Source: an uncultured Chloroflexia bacterium (lineage in GTDB: Bacteria > Chloroflexota > Anaerolineae > JAAEKA01). From it: a stretch of DNA of 64,000 bases. Location of the stretch: NCBI GenBank assembly GCA_963707275.1, contig CAVPPH010000001.1, positions 92,625-156,624 of the forward strand, in the 5' to 3' direction. Shown piece after piece: positions 1 through 14,774 of the stretch. The position numbers were made by a program, and so were the translations under genes. The notes under the pieces are model-generated. The model searched no databases, had not been told where the DNA came from, and saw only the letters and a list, made by a program, of their open reading frames with translations. Within the stretch, counting starts at the first letter, position 1; each line of letters begins with the position of its first letter.

Positions 1-363
1 GCGCAGGTGGTCCGCCAGTGTCTGGCCGCGGCGCGGGGCATCGGCGATTTGCGTGAACGCGCCATCGACCGCCTGCGCACCTGGTGGGTCAGCACTCGAC
101 ATAACGGCTAGCAAGCTCACAGGAATGGCGTTGTTCACCACCACACGCCGCCGACTGACGCCCGCGTATCTGATGAGGGTTGGCTGGCTGGCAAAGGGAT
201 CCAGGATGGTATCCCCCGCCTGGCTGAGCTGGTCGATGTAGCGGCGCGGCAGAGCAGCCGACCACGAACGTTGCTCCAGCGCCCACAACGGGGCAGGGGT
301 CGGGAGATCGTCGGGGATGAAGGGTTCTGACCACGTCAACGGGTTGCTTGCGGCTTCCGGCAT
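1..363 (-). CDS. hypothetical protein, N-terminal 121 codons only (the ORF runs off the window start)
   Basis: An ATG at 363-361 is followed by a stop-free frame down to position 1 (MPEAASNPLTWSEPFIPDDL...LDPFASQPTLIRYAG...). It is absent from the ORF track because it has no stop inside the window. No family recognised. Confidence 0.3.
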   Translation of the reverse strand, partial: MPEAASNPLTWSEPFIPDDLPTPAPLWALEQRSWSAALPRRYIDQLSQAGDTILDPFASQPTLIRYAGVSRRRVVVNNAIPVSLLAVMSSADPPGAQAVDGAFTQIADAPRRGQTLADHLR

Positions 364-438
364 ACTACTGCCCATGGTAGCACAGATGAGCGCTTCTCAC
401 AAAGGGTAGTTGCGCTGGCGGTCGGATTCGCCAGTTTG

Positions 439-447
439 TGATATAAT
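439..447 (+). promoter_or_regulatory. extended -10 element TGaTATAAT, 6 nt upstream of the ATG at 454 (possible leaderless mRNA)
   Basis: Sequence tgatataat lies at 439-447 and the ATG at 454. No Shine-Dalgarno fits in between. Confidence 0.35.
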
Positions 448-453
448 CGGCTC

Positions 454-1398
454 ATGCGATTCCTTGTGACTGGCGGTGCGGGATTTATCGGCACAACGCT
501 GGCTAACTATCTGGTGCGGGCCGGCCACCATGTGCGCGCGTTGGATGACCTGAGCGCGGGCGATCCGGCGCGGCTGGACTCGCGCGTGCTCTTCTCACGC
601 GGCGACGTGCGCAACGTGCCCAACCTGTGGACGCTGATGCAGGACGTGGAATGTGTGTTTCATCTGGCGGCGCGCATCTCCGTACCCGAGTCGGGGCTGT
701 ATCCGCAGGAGTACAACGATGTCAATGTGGGCGGGACGGTGGCGTTATTGACAGCGGTGCGCGATGTGGGCGTGCCGCGGGTGGTGCTGGCGTCGTCTGG
801 TTCGGTCTACGGCAACCAGCCTGCGCAGCCGGTCCACGAACGGCTTCAGCCCAGCCCGCAGTCCCCTTACGCTATCACCAAGATCGCCGCCGAGCATTAT
901 CTGTTCATGCTTGGCCGGCTGTACGACTGCGAGGCAGTGGCGCTACGGGTGTTCAACGCCTACGGTCCGGGACAGCGGATTCCACCGGCCCACGCACCTG
1001 TGGTGCCGCTGTTCCTGAAGCGCGCGCTGACAGGCGGTTCGCTGGTGGTGCATGGCGACGGTAGCCAGACGCGCGACTTCGTCCACATCGACGATGTGGT
1101 GCGGGCCTTGATGGCTGCGGCAACTGTCGCGGAAGCCGACGGTCAGGTGATCAACATCGGTTCAGGACAAGAGACCAGCATTCAGGACCTGGCACGGGTG
1201 GTCGGGAGTGTGGCCGGCCGCGCGCCGTCGATCATCTACAACGAGAGCCAGTCGCCGGGCGTGGGCCGTCTGGTGGCGGATATCTCGCTGGCGCGCAGGC
1301 TGCTGGGGTATGAACCTAAGGTCGGACTGGAGCAAGGGTTGAGCGACCTGTTGAAAACCGACGCGCAGTTCGAGCGGCGGCGGCTTGTTCCGGCGTAG
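454..1398 (+). CDS. NAD-dependent epimerase/dehydratase (GalE-like)
   Basis: Intact 314-aa ORF with the N-terminal Rossmann motif VTGGAGFIG and the catalytic YxxxK (YAITK). Confidence 0.85.
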   Translation: MRFLVTGGAGFIGTTLANYLVRAGHHVRALDDLSAGDPARLDSRVLFSRGDVRNVPNLWTLMQDVECVFHLAARISVPESGLYPQEYNDVNVGGTVALLTAVRDVGVPRVVLASSGSVYGNQPAQPVHERLQPSPQSPYAITKIAAEHYLFMLGRLYDCEAVALRVFNAYGPGQRIPPAHAPVVPLFLKRALTGGSLVVHGDGSQTRDFVHIDDVVRALMAAATVAEADGQVINIGSGQETSIQDLARVVGSVAGRAPSIIYNESQSPGVGRLVADISLARRLLGYEPKVGLEQGLSDLLKTDAQFERRRLVPA

Positions 1399-1408
1399 TG
1401 TCGTCGAA

Positions 1409-1447
1409 CGCGAAAGCGCCTGGAACTCAGTTCCAGGCGCTTTCGCG
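1409..1447. terminator. bidirectional hairpin terminator between convergent genes
   Basis: Perfect 18-bp inverted repeat cgcgaaagcgcctggaac / gttccaggcgctttcgcg with a 3-nt loop, between the stops at 1398 (+) and 1465 (-). Confidence 0.6.
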
Positions 1448-1464
1448 TCAGGTGCAATAACCCG

Positions 1465-2325
1465 CTACCGGTGGACGACCACCGTCGCGCCGTTGGGGGT
1501 GAAGTTGTACAGCCACTCCGCCTCGGAGGGGCGCATGTTGACACAGCCGTGGCTCATCGGATGGCCGAAGTTGTTGTGCCAGTATGCCCCGTGGATTGCG
1601 TGGCCACGGTTGGTGAAATACATTACCCACGGGACGTTGGGCAGGTCGTAGCCGGGACCGGTCATTCGTTGCGATCGTACCTTATACTGGATGTGGTACG
1701 TTCCTACAGGTGTCGGAAAGGTTGAACCGGTGCTGACCAGCGTGTTGAAGACGGGCGTGTTGCCCTCGTAGGCTGTCAGCGATTGACTGCTGAGGTTGAT
1801 GTCGATCCAGCGGCCACCGCTGTTGCCGGGGTTGGAGACCACCGGATTGCTGGGAACTGGCGCGGGAGCTGGCGCCGGCACGCTGCCGGCGCCGCTAGCA
1901 GAAAGCACCAGCCGCTGGCCGACATAGATGTGATTGGGATTGCTGATGGCATTGGCGTTGGCGAGAGCAGCCGTCGTCGTCCCGTAGCGGGCCGCGATGC
2001 TGCTGAGGTTCTCACCGGCGCGGACGATGTGGATGCCTCCAGCGGCTGTACCTCCGCCGCCCGCGTTGCCGCCGCCACCCGCGCCTGGAATGACAAGGCG
2101 CTGGCCGACATAGATGAGATTGGGATTGCTGATGCCGTTGGCCTGAGCCAGTGCGGCCTGACTGATGCCGTAGCGTTGAGCGATCGTGCTGAGGTTCTCG
2201 CCGCGTTGAACGACGTGTACGCCGCCCTGATAGTCCGGCGCCGCTGCCGCAGGTAACACTGGCACAAGAAGCGCGACCAGCAGCACCGCCATGAGGATGA
2301 ACTTGAGACGAGTCCTGGAAACCAT
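1465..2325 (-). CDS. LysM-repeat L,D-transpeptidase (YkuD family)
   Basis: Signal/TM segment, two LysM repeats (GENLSTIAQRYG..., GENLSSIAARYG...) and a C-terminal YkuD domain with the catalytic HGCVNM. The start at 2325 follows GGAGG. The upstream ATG at 2355 is an alternative start. Confidence 0.85.
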   Translation of the reverse strand: MVSRTRLKFILMAVLLVALLVPVLPAAAAPDYQGGVHVVQRGENLSTIAQRYGISQAALAQANGISNPNLIYVGQRLVIPGAGGGGNAGGGGTAAGGIHIVRAGENLSSIAARYGTTTAALANANAISNPNHIYVGQRLVLSASGAGSVPAPAPAPVPSNPVVSNPGNSGGRWIDINLSSQSLTAYEGNTPVFNTLVSTGSTFPTPVGTYHIQYKVRSQRMTGPGYDLPNVPWVMYFTNRGHAIHGAYWHNNFGHPMSHGCVNMRPSEAEWLYNFTPNGATVVVHR

Positions 2326-2582
2326 AGAGTCCTCCATAATCATGCAACCGGGCAATTACCCGGTAAGGACCGGCGGTCCGCCGACGCCGAATACAACAAG
2401 ATAATGAGTGCTGGCGCAACTGTCCGTCCGCATGTCGATCGATCTGGAGAGTTACCAACTAGGAACGGGCAATGATCGAACAGCTAGCTTATGTCAGGTT
2501 GTACTGCAATTTTCATCCGCTGTCAAGTTTTAGCCTGTCAGGTGAATTCGTTCAGGCGTTGTGCAGTTGGTGGGCGCTGGAA

Positions 2583-2611
2583 CTGGCATCCCATTGCCTT
2601 TGTGGTATAAT
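2583..2611 (+). promoter_or_regulatory. sigma70-like promoter for the ccm genes (CTGGCA, 17 nt, TGgTATAAT)
   Basis: ctggca at 2583-2588, a 17-nt spacer containing TG, and tataat at 2606-2611, about 60 nt upstream of ccmH. Confidence 0.4.
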
Positions 2612-2674
2612 TGACAAACATTCTGAGATGTCGGTCAACGTCGTTGGTACCCCGAAGCGTTTGAGCCTCAAGAG

Positions 2675-3187
2675 ATGATCCCAAGAAACTCCCTGTCGCC
2701 CGTTCATGCCCTGTTGTTCGCCGCACTTTGTGTGTTGCTGTTTGCTGCGCCGGTCGCTGTCCTGGCGCAGCAGCCGCCAACGCCGGAGCAAATCAACGCG
2801 GTTGCCAAGGAGTTGTATTGCCCGCTTTGCAACGGCGTCCGGCTCGACACGTGTGAGCTACAGGCGTGTGAGCAGATGCGTCAGGTGATCGGCGAGAAGC
2901 TGACCGAAGGCGTTCCCAAGGAACAGATCAAGGACGAGTTCGTCGCTCAGTACGGACCTGTGGTGCTGGGCGAGCCGCCGCGCGAGGGGCTGAACCTGCT
3001 GGGCGGTTGGATACTACCCATTGCGCTGTTCCTGGCAGCAGCGGTTGCGGTAACGGTAATGGTGTTGCGCTGGTCACGCCGGCCGGAGCCGGCTGTCGCT
3101 GTAGCCGTTCCGGCGACGCCTGCCGAACAGGCCACCGGCGACGAGTATCTGGCCCGCGTCGAGGCGGACCTCGCGGATCTGGAATAG
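2675..3187 (+). CDS. ccmH: cytochrome c-type biogenesis protein CcmH/CycL
   Basis: Signal peptide, LYCPLCNG (CxxC) motif and a C-terminal TM helix, matching the CcmH layout. It lies next to ccmF. Confidence 0.8.
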   Translation: MIPRNSLSPVHALLFAALCVLLFAAPVAVLAQQPPTPEQINAVAKELYCPLCNGVRLDTCELQACEQMRQVIGEKLTEGVPKEQIKDEFVAQYGPVVLGEPPREGLNLLGGWILPIALFLAAAVAVTVMVLRWSRRPEPAVAVAVPATPAEQATGDEYLARVEADLADLE

Positions 3188-3209
3188 TGTGTGACGGAGA
3201 CGTAGTGAA

Positions 3210-3776
3210 ATGACGAACAACATGGATGTCCCTTCGGCGCCCGCCGAGCAGAAGAAGCGCGGCTTCGGCAAGTACCTGGTGCTGATCATTGCGCTCGCCT
3301 TTGCGGGGATGCTGGGGTACGGCCTGCTGACGGCGGGCGACGACCGCGTTGAGGCCGGCAAAGCGCCTGATTTCAGCCTCACTTCGTTCGACGGTGAGCA
3401 GTACCGGTTGTCAGACCTTGAAGGCAAGGTCGTAGTGGTCAACTTCTGGGCGACCTGGTGCGTCAGTTGCAAGGGCGAGGCGCCGGAGCTTGAGCAAGTC
3501 TGGCGAGATTTCAAGGACGATGGCGTCGTTTTTCTCGGCGTCGATTATCTCGACCAGAAGCCACTCAATCTTGAATGGATCGATCGCTATGATATTACCT
3601 ATCCTAACGGCGACGACATTCAGGGCCGCATTTACAATTCGTATGGCGTGCAGGGGCTACCGGAGACTTTCGTGATCAATCGCAACGGCGAGATATCAGA
3701 AGTTTTTGTAGGTGCGGTGACGCAGGATCAGCTTTCAGTGGCGATTATGGAGGCCCTGGCTGAAGGCGCAAGCTGA
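3210..3776 (+). CDS. TlpA/ResA/CcmG-like membrane-anchored thiol:disulfide oxidoreductase
   Basis: N-terminal TM helix and a thioredoxin fold with WATWCVSCKGE (CxxC). It sits between ccmH and ccmF. Confidence 0.8.
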   Translation: MTNNMDVPSAPAEQKKRGFGKYLVLIIALAFAGMLGYGLLTAGDDRVEAGKAPDFSLTSFDGEQYRLSDLEGKVVVVNFWATWCVSCKGEAPELEQVWRDFKDDGVVFLGVDYLDQKPLNLEWIDRYDITYPNGDDIQGRIYNSYGVQGLPETFVINRNGEISEVFVGAVTQDQLSVAIMEALAEGAS

Positions 3777-3854
3777 TCGAAGAATGCTGGCCTGGTTGCT
3801 TCGCACAGACTGGCCAGCGTAGTAGATAGAACTGTACGACGAAAGGAGCACAAC

Positions 3855-5925
<2,071 letters not shown>

Positions 5926-5942
5926 TCGGTGAGTAGACACGC

Positions 5943-6450
5943 ATGATACTTGTAATTATCGTCGGCGCACTGGCCTTGATCGGCATCGCCGTCGCCGCCA
6001 TCGCGTTCCCGCTGCTGCGCGAACGTGAAGACCCTGACAGCGTCGAGATCATGGAAGACCTCGACACCGTGACTGACCCGCTGGTCGATCTGGAAGCCCG
6101 CCGCGACGCCATCTACCAGGCGATCCGCGAGTTGCGCTTCGACTACGACGTCGGCAAGGTCTCGGAGACCGACTACAACATCTTCGATACCCAGCTTAAG
6201 GCGCAGGCGGTGGCGGTGCTGAAGGAGATCGATGCGCTACAGGCGGCTGAATGCAGATCCTGAACTGGACGCCAATCTGGAGGCTGAGATCGCTGCCCTG
6301 CGTCACGTCAACGGCAGCGGCCCAAAGAAGGCCCCGCCGCGCCAACCTGTGCCGGCCGGCGGTGTCGCTGTCAACTTCTGTCCACAGTGCGGCACCAAGG
6401 TGCACGCAGGTGACAAGTTCTGTGGCAAGTGTGGCGCCACCGTGGCATAA
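5943..6450 (+). pseudogene. small membrane protein with a C-terminal zinc ribbon, frameshift near 6245
   Basis: ORFs 5943..6263 (TM helix plus coiled-coil-like region) and 6232..6450 (NFCPQCGTKVHAGDKFCGKCG) join smoothly (..EIDALQAAE / ADPELDANLEAEIAAL..) if one indel is assumed. Confidence 0.45.
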
Positions 6451-6479
6451 CGACGCACGGCCAAGTCTGGTTGAATCAC

Positions 6480-6506
6480 AAAGCCCCCGTCAGCGACGGG
6501 GGCTTT
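6480..6506. terminator. GC-rich hairpin terminator
   Basis: aaagcccccgtc-agc-gacgggggcttt is a 12-bp stem. On the minus strand it is followed by TTTGTGATT, so it can end the tRNA transcript as well as the + strand gene. Confidence 0.5.
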
Positions 6507-6510
6507 GCTG

Positions 6511-6584
6511 TATCCCAGACAGGACTCGAACCTGTGACCTCTTCCTCCGCAGGGAAGCGCTCTAATCCACTGAGCTACTGGGAC
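6511..6584 (-). tRNA. tRNA-Arg (anticodon GCG)
   Basis: Hand-folded cloverleaf: acceptor GTCCCAG/CTGGGAT, D arm GCTC..GAGC, anticodon stem CTTCC/GGAAG with loop CTGCGGA, T arm ACAGG-TTCGAGT-CCTGT. No encoded CCA. Confidence 0.85.
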
Positions 6585-6588
6585 ATGA

Positions 6589-6683
<95 letters not shown>

Positions 6684-6775
6684 GTATTCGGTTATCAGTA
6701 ACCAGTGATCAGTAATCGGAAGCAAATCATGCTAACAAAACTGTCTACCGTACACTGTTAACTGCTTACTGACCA

Positions 6776-6865
<90 letters not shown>

Positions 6866-6968
6866 GGGGCGCGTTTCCTGTCCCTCAAGACTGATGCATT
6901 GTAGCATAGGGCGCGTTTTCAGTCAAAGCACAAACCAGTGTGCGCACGCCGCTGCGCTGCCCGCACCT

Positions 6969-7073
6969 GCTCGTACTCTTTCTCATACTCGTACTCTTCC
7001 TCGTACTCGTACTCGAATCCGTGACAGATCTCCGAGGAGAACGAGAACGAGTAGGAGTATGAGGAAGAGTACG
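6969..7073. repeat. inverted arrays of CTCGTA-type hexamer repeats forming a long hairpin directly after the serS stop
   Basis: The left arm is CTCGTA CTCTTT CTCATA CTCGTA CTCTTC CTCGTA CTCGTA. The right arm is its approximate reverse complement (..GAGTAGGAGTATGAGGAAGAGTACG). The outer ~25 bp pair with 2 mismatches. Confidence 0.7.
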
Positions 7074-7074
7074 C

Positions 7075-8356
<1,282 letters not shown>

Positions 8357-8465
8357 GTCGGTGCCTCCTGCTTGCTGTTGCTTATTGCGTACAGCGTATT
8401 GCTTGGCGGCGACCTGCTAGCTAAAGCAGATGCCTTGCCTTCCGAATACACAATACGCAATACGA

Positions 8466-8740
8466 AATAAAAACGCCCCACTCGTCTCCAGGACGAGGGG
8501 GCGCTCGTGGTGCCACCTGGGTTTGCCGCAGCGTCGCCGCAGCCTCAGTGGGTCTCGCGACCCTGGCTCGGTAACGGGAGCCGCTCGCCCGATCATACTT
8601 GGCACGCAGGTCGTACCGTTCCGTTCGGGGACTCAGGAGTGGATTTCGTCTGCCGCCGCTGTTGCCTCGCACCGCCCGGCAACTCTCTGGCAGCCGTTCA
8701 GCAGACTACTCGTCTCCCTCAACGTCGTGCGTTTTAAGTT
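8466..8740 (-). promoter_or_regulatory. T-box riboswitch leader with a Ser (UCC) specifier, controlling serS
   Basis: On the minus strand: Stem I elements AGAGAG (8683-8688) and GGTGCGA (8667-8673); specifier loop GAAA-TCC-A (TCC at 8641-8643); T-box sequence AAACCCAGGTGGCACCACG (8506-8524); terminator GCGCCCCCTCGTC-CTGGA-GACGAGTGGGGCGTTTTTATTT (8466-8505). Confidence 0.8.
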
Positions 8741-8746
8741 GACAAG

Positions 8747-8775
8747 ATTATAGCACGGCGGGCCTGCGGCGTCAA
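8747..8775 (-). promoter_or_regulatory. sigma70 promoter for the T-box/serS transcript (TTGACG, 17 nt, TATAAT)
   Basis: The minus strand reads cTTGACGccgcaggcccgccgtgcTATAAT. The -35 is at 8770-8775 and the -10 at 8747-8752. Confidence 0.6.
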
Positions 8776-8916
8776 GGAGAGCAAGGGAAGGAAACAAGGG
8801 ACACAAGGAAAGAAAGGAAACGAGGAAAACGAAGGAAAGGAGCCCCGGGGCGTTGCTTGCTGTGGTTTCGACGCCGCCTCCGTTGTTCCCTCCGTTTCCT
8901 CTTTTCCTTCCCTCAT
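8771..8916. repeat. purine-rich short tandem repeats (AAGGGAA/GGAAAGA type) paired with a complementary pyrimidine-rich arm
   Basis: 8771-8840 reads aaggagagcaagggaaggaaacaagggacacaaggaaagaaaggaaacgaggaaaacgaaggaaaggag. 8886-8916 reads ccctccgtttcctcttttccttccctc. The element lies between the rodA stop and the serS promoter and may act as the operon terminator. Confidence 0.6.
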
Positions 8917-10009
8917 CTAGTCGAACTCGATCTTCCGGCTGCGCATCGCGACGCTTTCGGCCAACCCGATGCCGATCATCAACGTCAGAAGCGACGAGCC
9001 TCCGTAGCTGATGAAGGGCAGCGTGATCCCGGTCACCGGTAGAATACCCAGGTTCATGCCGATGCTGACGACGCCCTGGAACATGATCATCGCTGCGATC
9101 CCGATCACCAGGTAACGGCCAAAGTTGTCGCGTGCCTGATCGGCGATGTTCAGCAGACGCAGCAACAGGACCGCCAGCAGAACAATCAGGATCAGCGCGC
9201 CGATGAAACCCAGTTCCTCGGCGACGACGCTAAAGATGAAGTCGGCGTAGCGAACGCGCAGGAAGTGGAGCTGGCTCTGGCTACCCTGCGCGAATCCCTT
9301 GCCCAGCAGCCCGCCGTTGCCGATGCTGATCAACGCCTGCGCGACGTTGAAGCTGGCATCGGGGTCGCTGGCAGGGTCAAGAAAGATCAGGATGCGCGAC
9401 TGCATGTACGCACTGGAGGTTGTTCCACATCAGGGGTACCATCATCGCCGCGCCAACCACCGTGGCGATGATGTACGCCCACGGCAGATCCGCGGCGAAC
9501 AGCATCAGTGCGCCAACCACGATGAATACCGTGGCAGTTCCCAGGTCCGGCTGCAGGTAGATCAATGCCGCCGGCAAGAGTATCAGCACGAACGCCAGCA
9601 CGACCCACTGCGGCTTGTGCATCTGGTCGTGGCGGGCGCTCAGATACTGCGCCAGGACGAGGATAAACAGCACCTTGGCTATCTCCGCCGGCTGCACCAG
9701 CACCACGCCAGCGTCAAACCAGCCGGCCGTGCCGCCGCGCACCTGTCCCAGCAATGCCACGGCTGCCAGCCCTGCAACCATGAGAATCAGCAGCGGCCAC
9801 TGGAGCGCAGTCAGCAGCCGGTAATCCAGCGCCGCCGCGCCAATCAGCAACACCAGCCCGATCAGGACGTAGACCAACTGGCGGACTGGATAGCTCTCGT
9901 AGGTTGGCACATTCAACGTCGCGCTGTAGACCATGGCGATGCCGTACAGAGCCATAGCCACCGTGCAAGCCAGCAGTACGAAGTCGAAACGACGCAGATT
10001 GAGTCGCAT
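8917..10009 (-). pseudogene. rodA: SEDS-family peptidoglycan glycosyltransferase RodA (FtsW/RodA family), frameshift near 9400
   Basis: The N-terminal 210-aa ORF (9377..10009) and C-terminal 162-aa ORF (8917..9405, ..TGITLPFISYGGSSLL..) are collinear multi-pass SEDS fragments, directly downstream of PBP2. Confidence 0.85.
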
Positions 10010-12144
10010 TATCCACCCCCACCGGGAACGACGCTGTCAGTCGGCGCGGTTGGCGCCTCAGGCTCAGCAGGCAGTGCTGGCTGCTCCTCACCCTCTGCGG
10101 CGTCAACCGGTTCGGCAGGCTGTGGCGGGTTCTTCAGCGCAAAATAGCCGCGCAGAATGTCCTGCGCCACAGGCAACGCGGTCGCCGACCCCTCGCCGCC
10201 GTTGTAGACAAAAACCACAATGGCGATCTCCGGGTCTTCGAACGGCGCGTAGGCTGTAATCCAGGCGTGGGTTGGCAGGCGGTTGTTGGGCAACAACTCG
10301 ATCTTGGGATCAAAGAACTCGGCCGTGCCAGTTTTGGCCGCGACGCTGACGCCGGGGACACTCAGCGCCTTCGCCGTTCCGTTGGGGAAGTTGACTGCTC
10401 CCCACATGCCGTCCTGCACCACCGCCACATAGTCGGGATCAACTGGCAGCTCGCGGATCAGTTCCGGCTTGAAATCATCGACTACCTTGCCGTCAACGTC
10501 GACGATCTGGCGCACGATCTGTGGCTTGAATAGATGGCCGCCGTTGGCGATGGCCGAGGTCGCGTTGAGAACCTGCAGCGGCGTTGCCAGCATCGCGCCC
10601 TGGCCGATAGCCATATTGTAGGTGTCGCCGGCTGCCCACGTTTCGGCGTAGGTCAGGCGTTTCCAGCGCGGCGTCGGCACCAGCCCCGGGTTCTCTCCCG
10701 GCAGGTCGATGCCGGTAACGTCGCCAAAGCCGAACTGCTCCGTATACTCCACCATCTTATCGATGCCGACCCCTTCGAAGGTCTTCCGATAGCCGCCGGC
10801 GACCTGGTACATGAACACGTCGCACGAGACGGCCAGCGCCTCGCGCACGTTGACCTGGTAGTGGCCGGTGCCGTAGGTGTGGATCCAGCAGTAGAACGGC
10901 TGGGCATAGCGCGAATCGTCGGGGAAGAAGCGGTTGTCCACGTAGATCAGGCCGTCGACGCGCCCGTCGAAGCTGTCGCCCAGGCGCGTGCGTTCATCGA
11001 TGACGCCTTCCTGCAGCGCAGCCGAGGCCGTCACGATCTTGAAGGTCGAGCCGGGCGGATAGAGCGCGCTGATGGCGTGGTTCACCAGCGGTCGTTGCTC
11101 ATCGGAGATCAGCACTTCGTATTCGTCGGCCGTGATGCCGTCGGCGAACAGATTGTTGTCATAGGTCGGCAGGCTGACCATGCCGAGTATCTCGCCGGTG
11201 CGCGGGTCCATGGCAATAGCGACGCCCGAGTTCGGCTTTGGCCTGTGTCAGGCCCTTTCGCAGCGCTTGCTCCATCAGCGCCTGCAACTGCGAGTCGAGC
11301 GTCAACACCAGGTTGTCACCTGGTTCGCTGGGAAAGATGTCGCCGACTGTGCGAATCTCGCGGCCGTTGACATCGACCTCGATGTTGCGGCTGCCGTTCT
11401 GGCCTCGTAAGCGCCTTTTCGAAGGTTAGTTCGACTCCCGACAGCCCGACCTGGTCGTCGGGGCGGTAGCCCTCGGCCTCGTAGTCATCGACGTACTCCA
11501 GTGGAATTGGCCCCATGAAGCCCATCACGTGCGAAGTCAGCGTGCCGCTTAGATATTCGCGCACCGGTTCAATCACCAGCTCGACGCCGGGGAGATCGTA
11601 GCGAGGCTTCGGCAATCGCGAAGGCGGTCTCCTCGCTCACCGGCCCGGCGAAGACGACCGGTCGGTAGGCCCCGCCCTGCAGGCCGGCGTTGACCTCTTC
11701 CATGGCCTGAGCGACGCTCATTCGCTCGCGGAACTGGGGCGGTGGGCTGCTGCCAAGTTGTGGCGGACCGGCTGATTCAGCGTCAACCTCGTCATCGCCA
11801 GCGTGGACCGGCAGGTCGCTTTCGCTGAGCTGGATCAGACCCTCCAGCCGTTTCAGCACGGCTTCCGCCTCTGCTTCGTCGTCCGGCAGCGTGCCGGGGA
11901 TGACGGCGATGTTGAAGCTGGGCCGGTTGCGCACCAGAATCTGGCCGTTGCGGTCATAGATCACGCCGCGCGGCCCGGTGGTTTCCACCAGCCGGAAGCG
12001 GTTTTCATTGGCGCGCAAACGGAATCCTTCGCCCTCAAGAAACTGTATCTTCCAGAGCTGGGCTACCATGATGACTGCTACTGCTACAACCAGCACGCGC
12101 AGCAGCATGATCCGAAGAGATGGGGGCAAGGGGCGACTAATCAC
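10009..12144 (-). pseudogene. mrdA: penicillin-binding protein 2 (elongasome transpeptidase), at least 2 frameshifts
   Basis: Fragments 11569..12144 (TM anchor plus dimerisation domain), 11316..11615 and 10009..11211 (transpeptidase with STFK, and KTGTAE) are collinear. Its stop overlaps the rodA start. Confidence 0.85.
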
Positions 12145-12655
12145 AGACTCTACTCCACAGGCAGGCGTTCTCGTCCAGTAATTCGATTGAACCCAGACTC
12201 AACACCGGGAATACAAACAACATCAGCAACATGTTATACATGATTTCAGGCAGCACCAGCCGGGTCAGCGTGTCGGGCAGCGAAACAGATCGCTGGTTGA
12301 GCCAGAGCAGCGCCACGTAGATGAGATCCTGTGCTATCGTGGCCAGCGCTACCATGACCAGCGCAAGTATCCAATGGCTGCGGTAGATTGTACCACTGCC
12401 GAAGCCCGCAATGGCAGCCGCAGCCAGGAGTCCCAGCGTGTAGCCGCCAAACGGCCCGCTGGATAACAAGTCCAGCCACAGCCCGCGATCAGCGCCCAGA
12501 TCATCGCACTGCGCGCGCCGCGCACTACGCCCCAGGCGACCACAATCACCAGCATCGGATCGGGCGGCACTGGTCGAGATACCAAGTGCTGGTATCAGCG
12601 ACACCTGTGCCAGCGCCACCAGGCCCAGCGCAAAGAACAGCAGGTAGGGAGCCAT
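12137..12655 (-). pseudogene. mreD: rod shape-determining protein MreD, two compensating frameshifts (near 12590 and 12480)
   Basis: Small polytopic membrane protein between mreC and mrdA. The central part is only sensible in the frame of ORF 12349..12585 (PDPMLVIVVAWGVVRG..MIWALIAG). Confidence 0.6.
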
Positions 12656-12664
12656 AGTCAGCGC

Positions 12665-13524
12665 CTATTCCGCCGGAATCTGCAGCTCGGTCAGCGGAAT
12701 GAAGTTGGTGATGACCAGCACAGTCTCCAGTGTATCGAAGTCTACCGTTGTGCGCACAACGGCCGCGCTGGAACATCTCCACGTCGTTTTGCAGCACGTC
12801 GGTCACCTGGCCCACCGGGATGCCGGCCGGGAAGTTGCCGCCTTCGCCTGAGGTGAAGACGATGTCGCCGACGGTGATCGTCCTGATCCTGCGGCAGATA
12901 GTCCATGATGGCGACTGGCCGGCCCGCCCACGCAGAATGCCCGCGTACCCTGCGTTTTGCAGCATCGTGTTGACGCTGCTGTTGCTGTCGGTGATCAACA
13001 AGCACCCGCGAGGCGTTGGTGTAGCACGTCGGTGACGCGACCCACCAGCCCGCGCTCCGTCACCACCGGCATGCCGCTCTTGCATGCCGTGCGCGCTGCC
13101 GAGGTCGATCACGATGGACTGGATCGAACTGTTCGGCTCGCTGCCCACGATCCGGCCCACGACCTGGGTGCCGCGGTAGCGGAAGGTCGAATTGGCACGC
13201 GCGAACTGGAACAGGCCGCGCAGCCGCGAGTTCTCGCTTTCCACCTCTTGTCAGACGCAGGTTGTCCACGGTCAACTGGGCGACAAGCTGCTCCAACTCC
13301 AGATTGCGCTCACGCAGAGTCGCCAGATCGCCCACGCTGCCGGTGGCTTCGCGCACGCCGTTGCCAACGCTGCGCAAGGCTTGCTGGGCAGGCAGGGTGA
13401 ACCGCGTCACCAGACTGCGCGGGCCGTCGGCAAAGCGCGAACTGATCAGAACGACCGCGATCACCACCACGGCGACTACAGCGAGCCACACCCAGCGGCG
13501 TTGCGAACGTCTTCGGCTGACCAT
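12665..13524 (-). pseudogene. mreC: rod shape-determining protein MreC, several frameshifts
   Basis: N-terminal TM plus coiled coil (13060..13524: ..LRERNLELEQLVAQLTVDNLRL..). The beta-barrel part is scattered over frames (..GDIVFTSGEGGNFPAGIPVGQVTDVLQNDVEMFQ..). It lies between mreB and mreD. Confidence 0.7.
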
Positions 13525-13533
13525 AATTCACGG

Positions 13534-14636
<1,103 letters not shown>

Positions 14637-14689
14637 TCAGGTTGATTGGCCTGACCTGTGGATTGTGAAACGTATGCACAACTTGAAGC

Positions 14690-14698
14690 ATTATACCA
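14690..14698 (-). promoter_or_regulatory. extended -10 promoter (TGgTATAAT) upstream of mreB
   Basis: The minus strand reads acaTGgTATAATgc, about 90 nt upstream of the mreB start. Confidence 0.35.
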
Positions 14699-14774
14699 TG
14701 TGTCATGCAAATGGCGAAAGCAGGGGCCAGCGGTGAATGAGATCGCGTCGACGTCGGGACGATCCGATGCAAGG

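Noticed and set aside
5943-6450. Two separate overlapping small genes (5943..6263 and 6232..6450).
   Set aside because: The two frames join into one continuous coiled-coil-plus-zinc-ribbon protein with a single indel, in a window where such indels are frequent. The second ORF has no ribosome-binding site of its own.
9299-10147. Long ORFs antisense to or overlapping recognisable genes. Examples: 627..1064, 9299..10147, 10534..11370, 19129..19788, 29065..29997, 29283..30473, 35262..36440, 44135..45325, 47863..48777, 47958..48941, 55188..56312 and 57550..58719.
   Set aside because: They are Arg/Ala/Gly/Pro-rich translations typical of stop-free alternative frames in high-G+C DNA. They show no family resemblance and lie opposite or out of frame to genes with clear homology.
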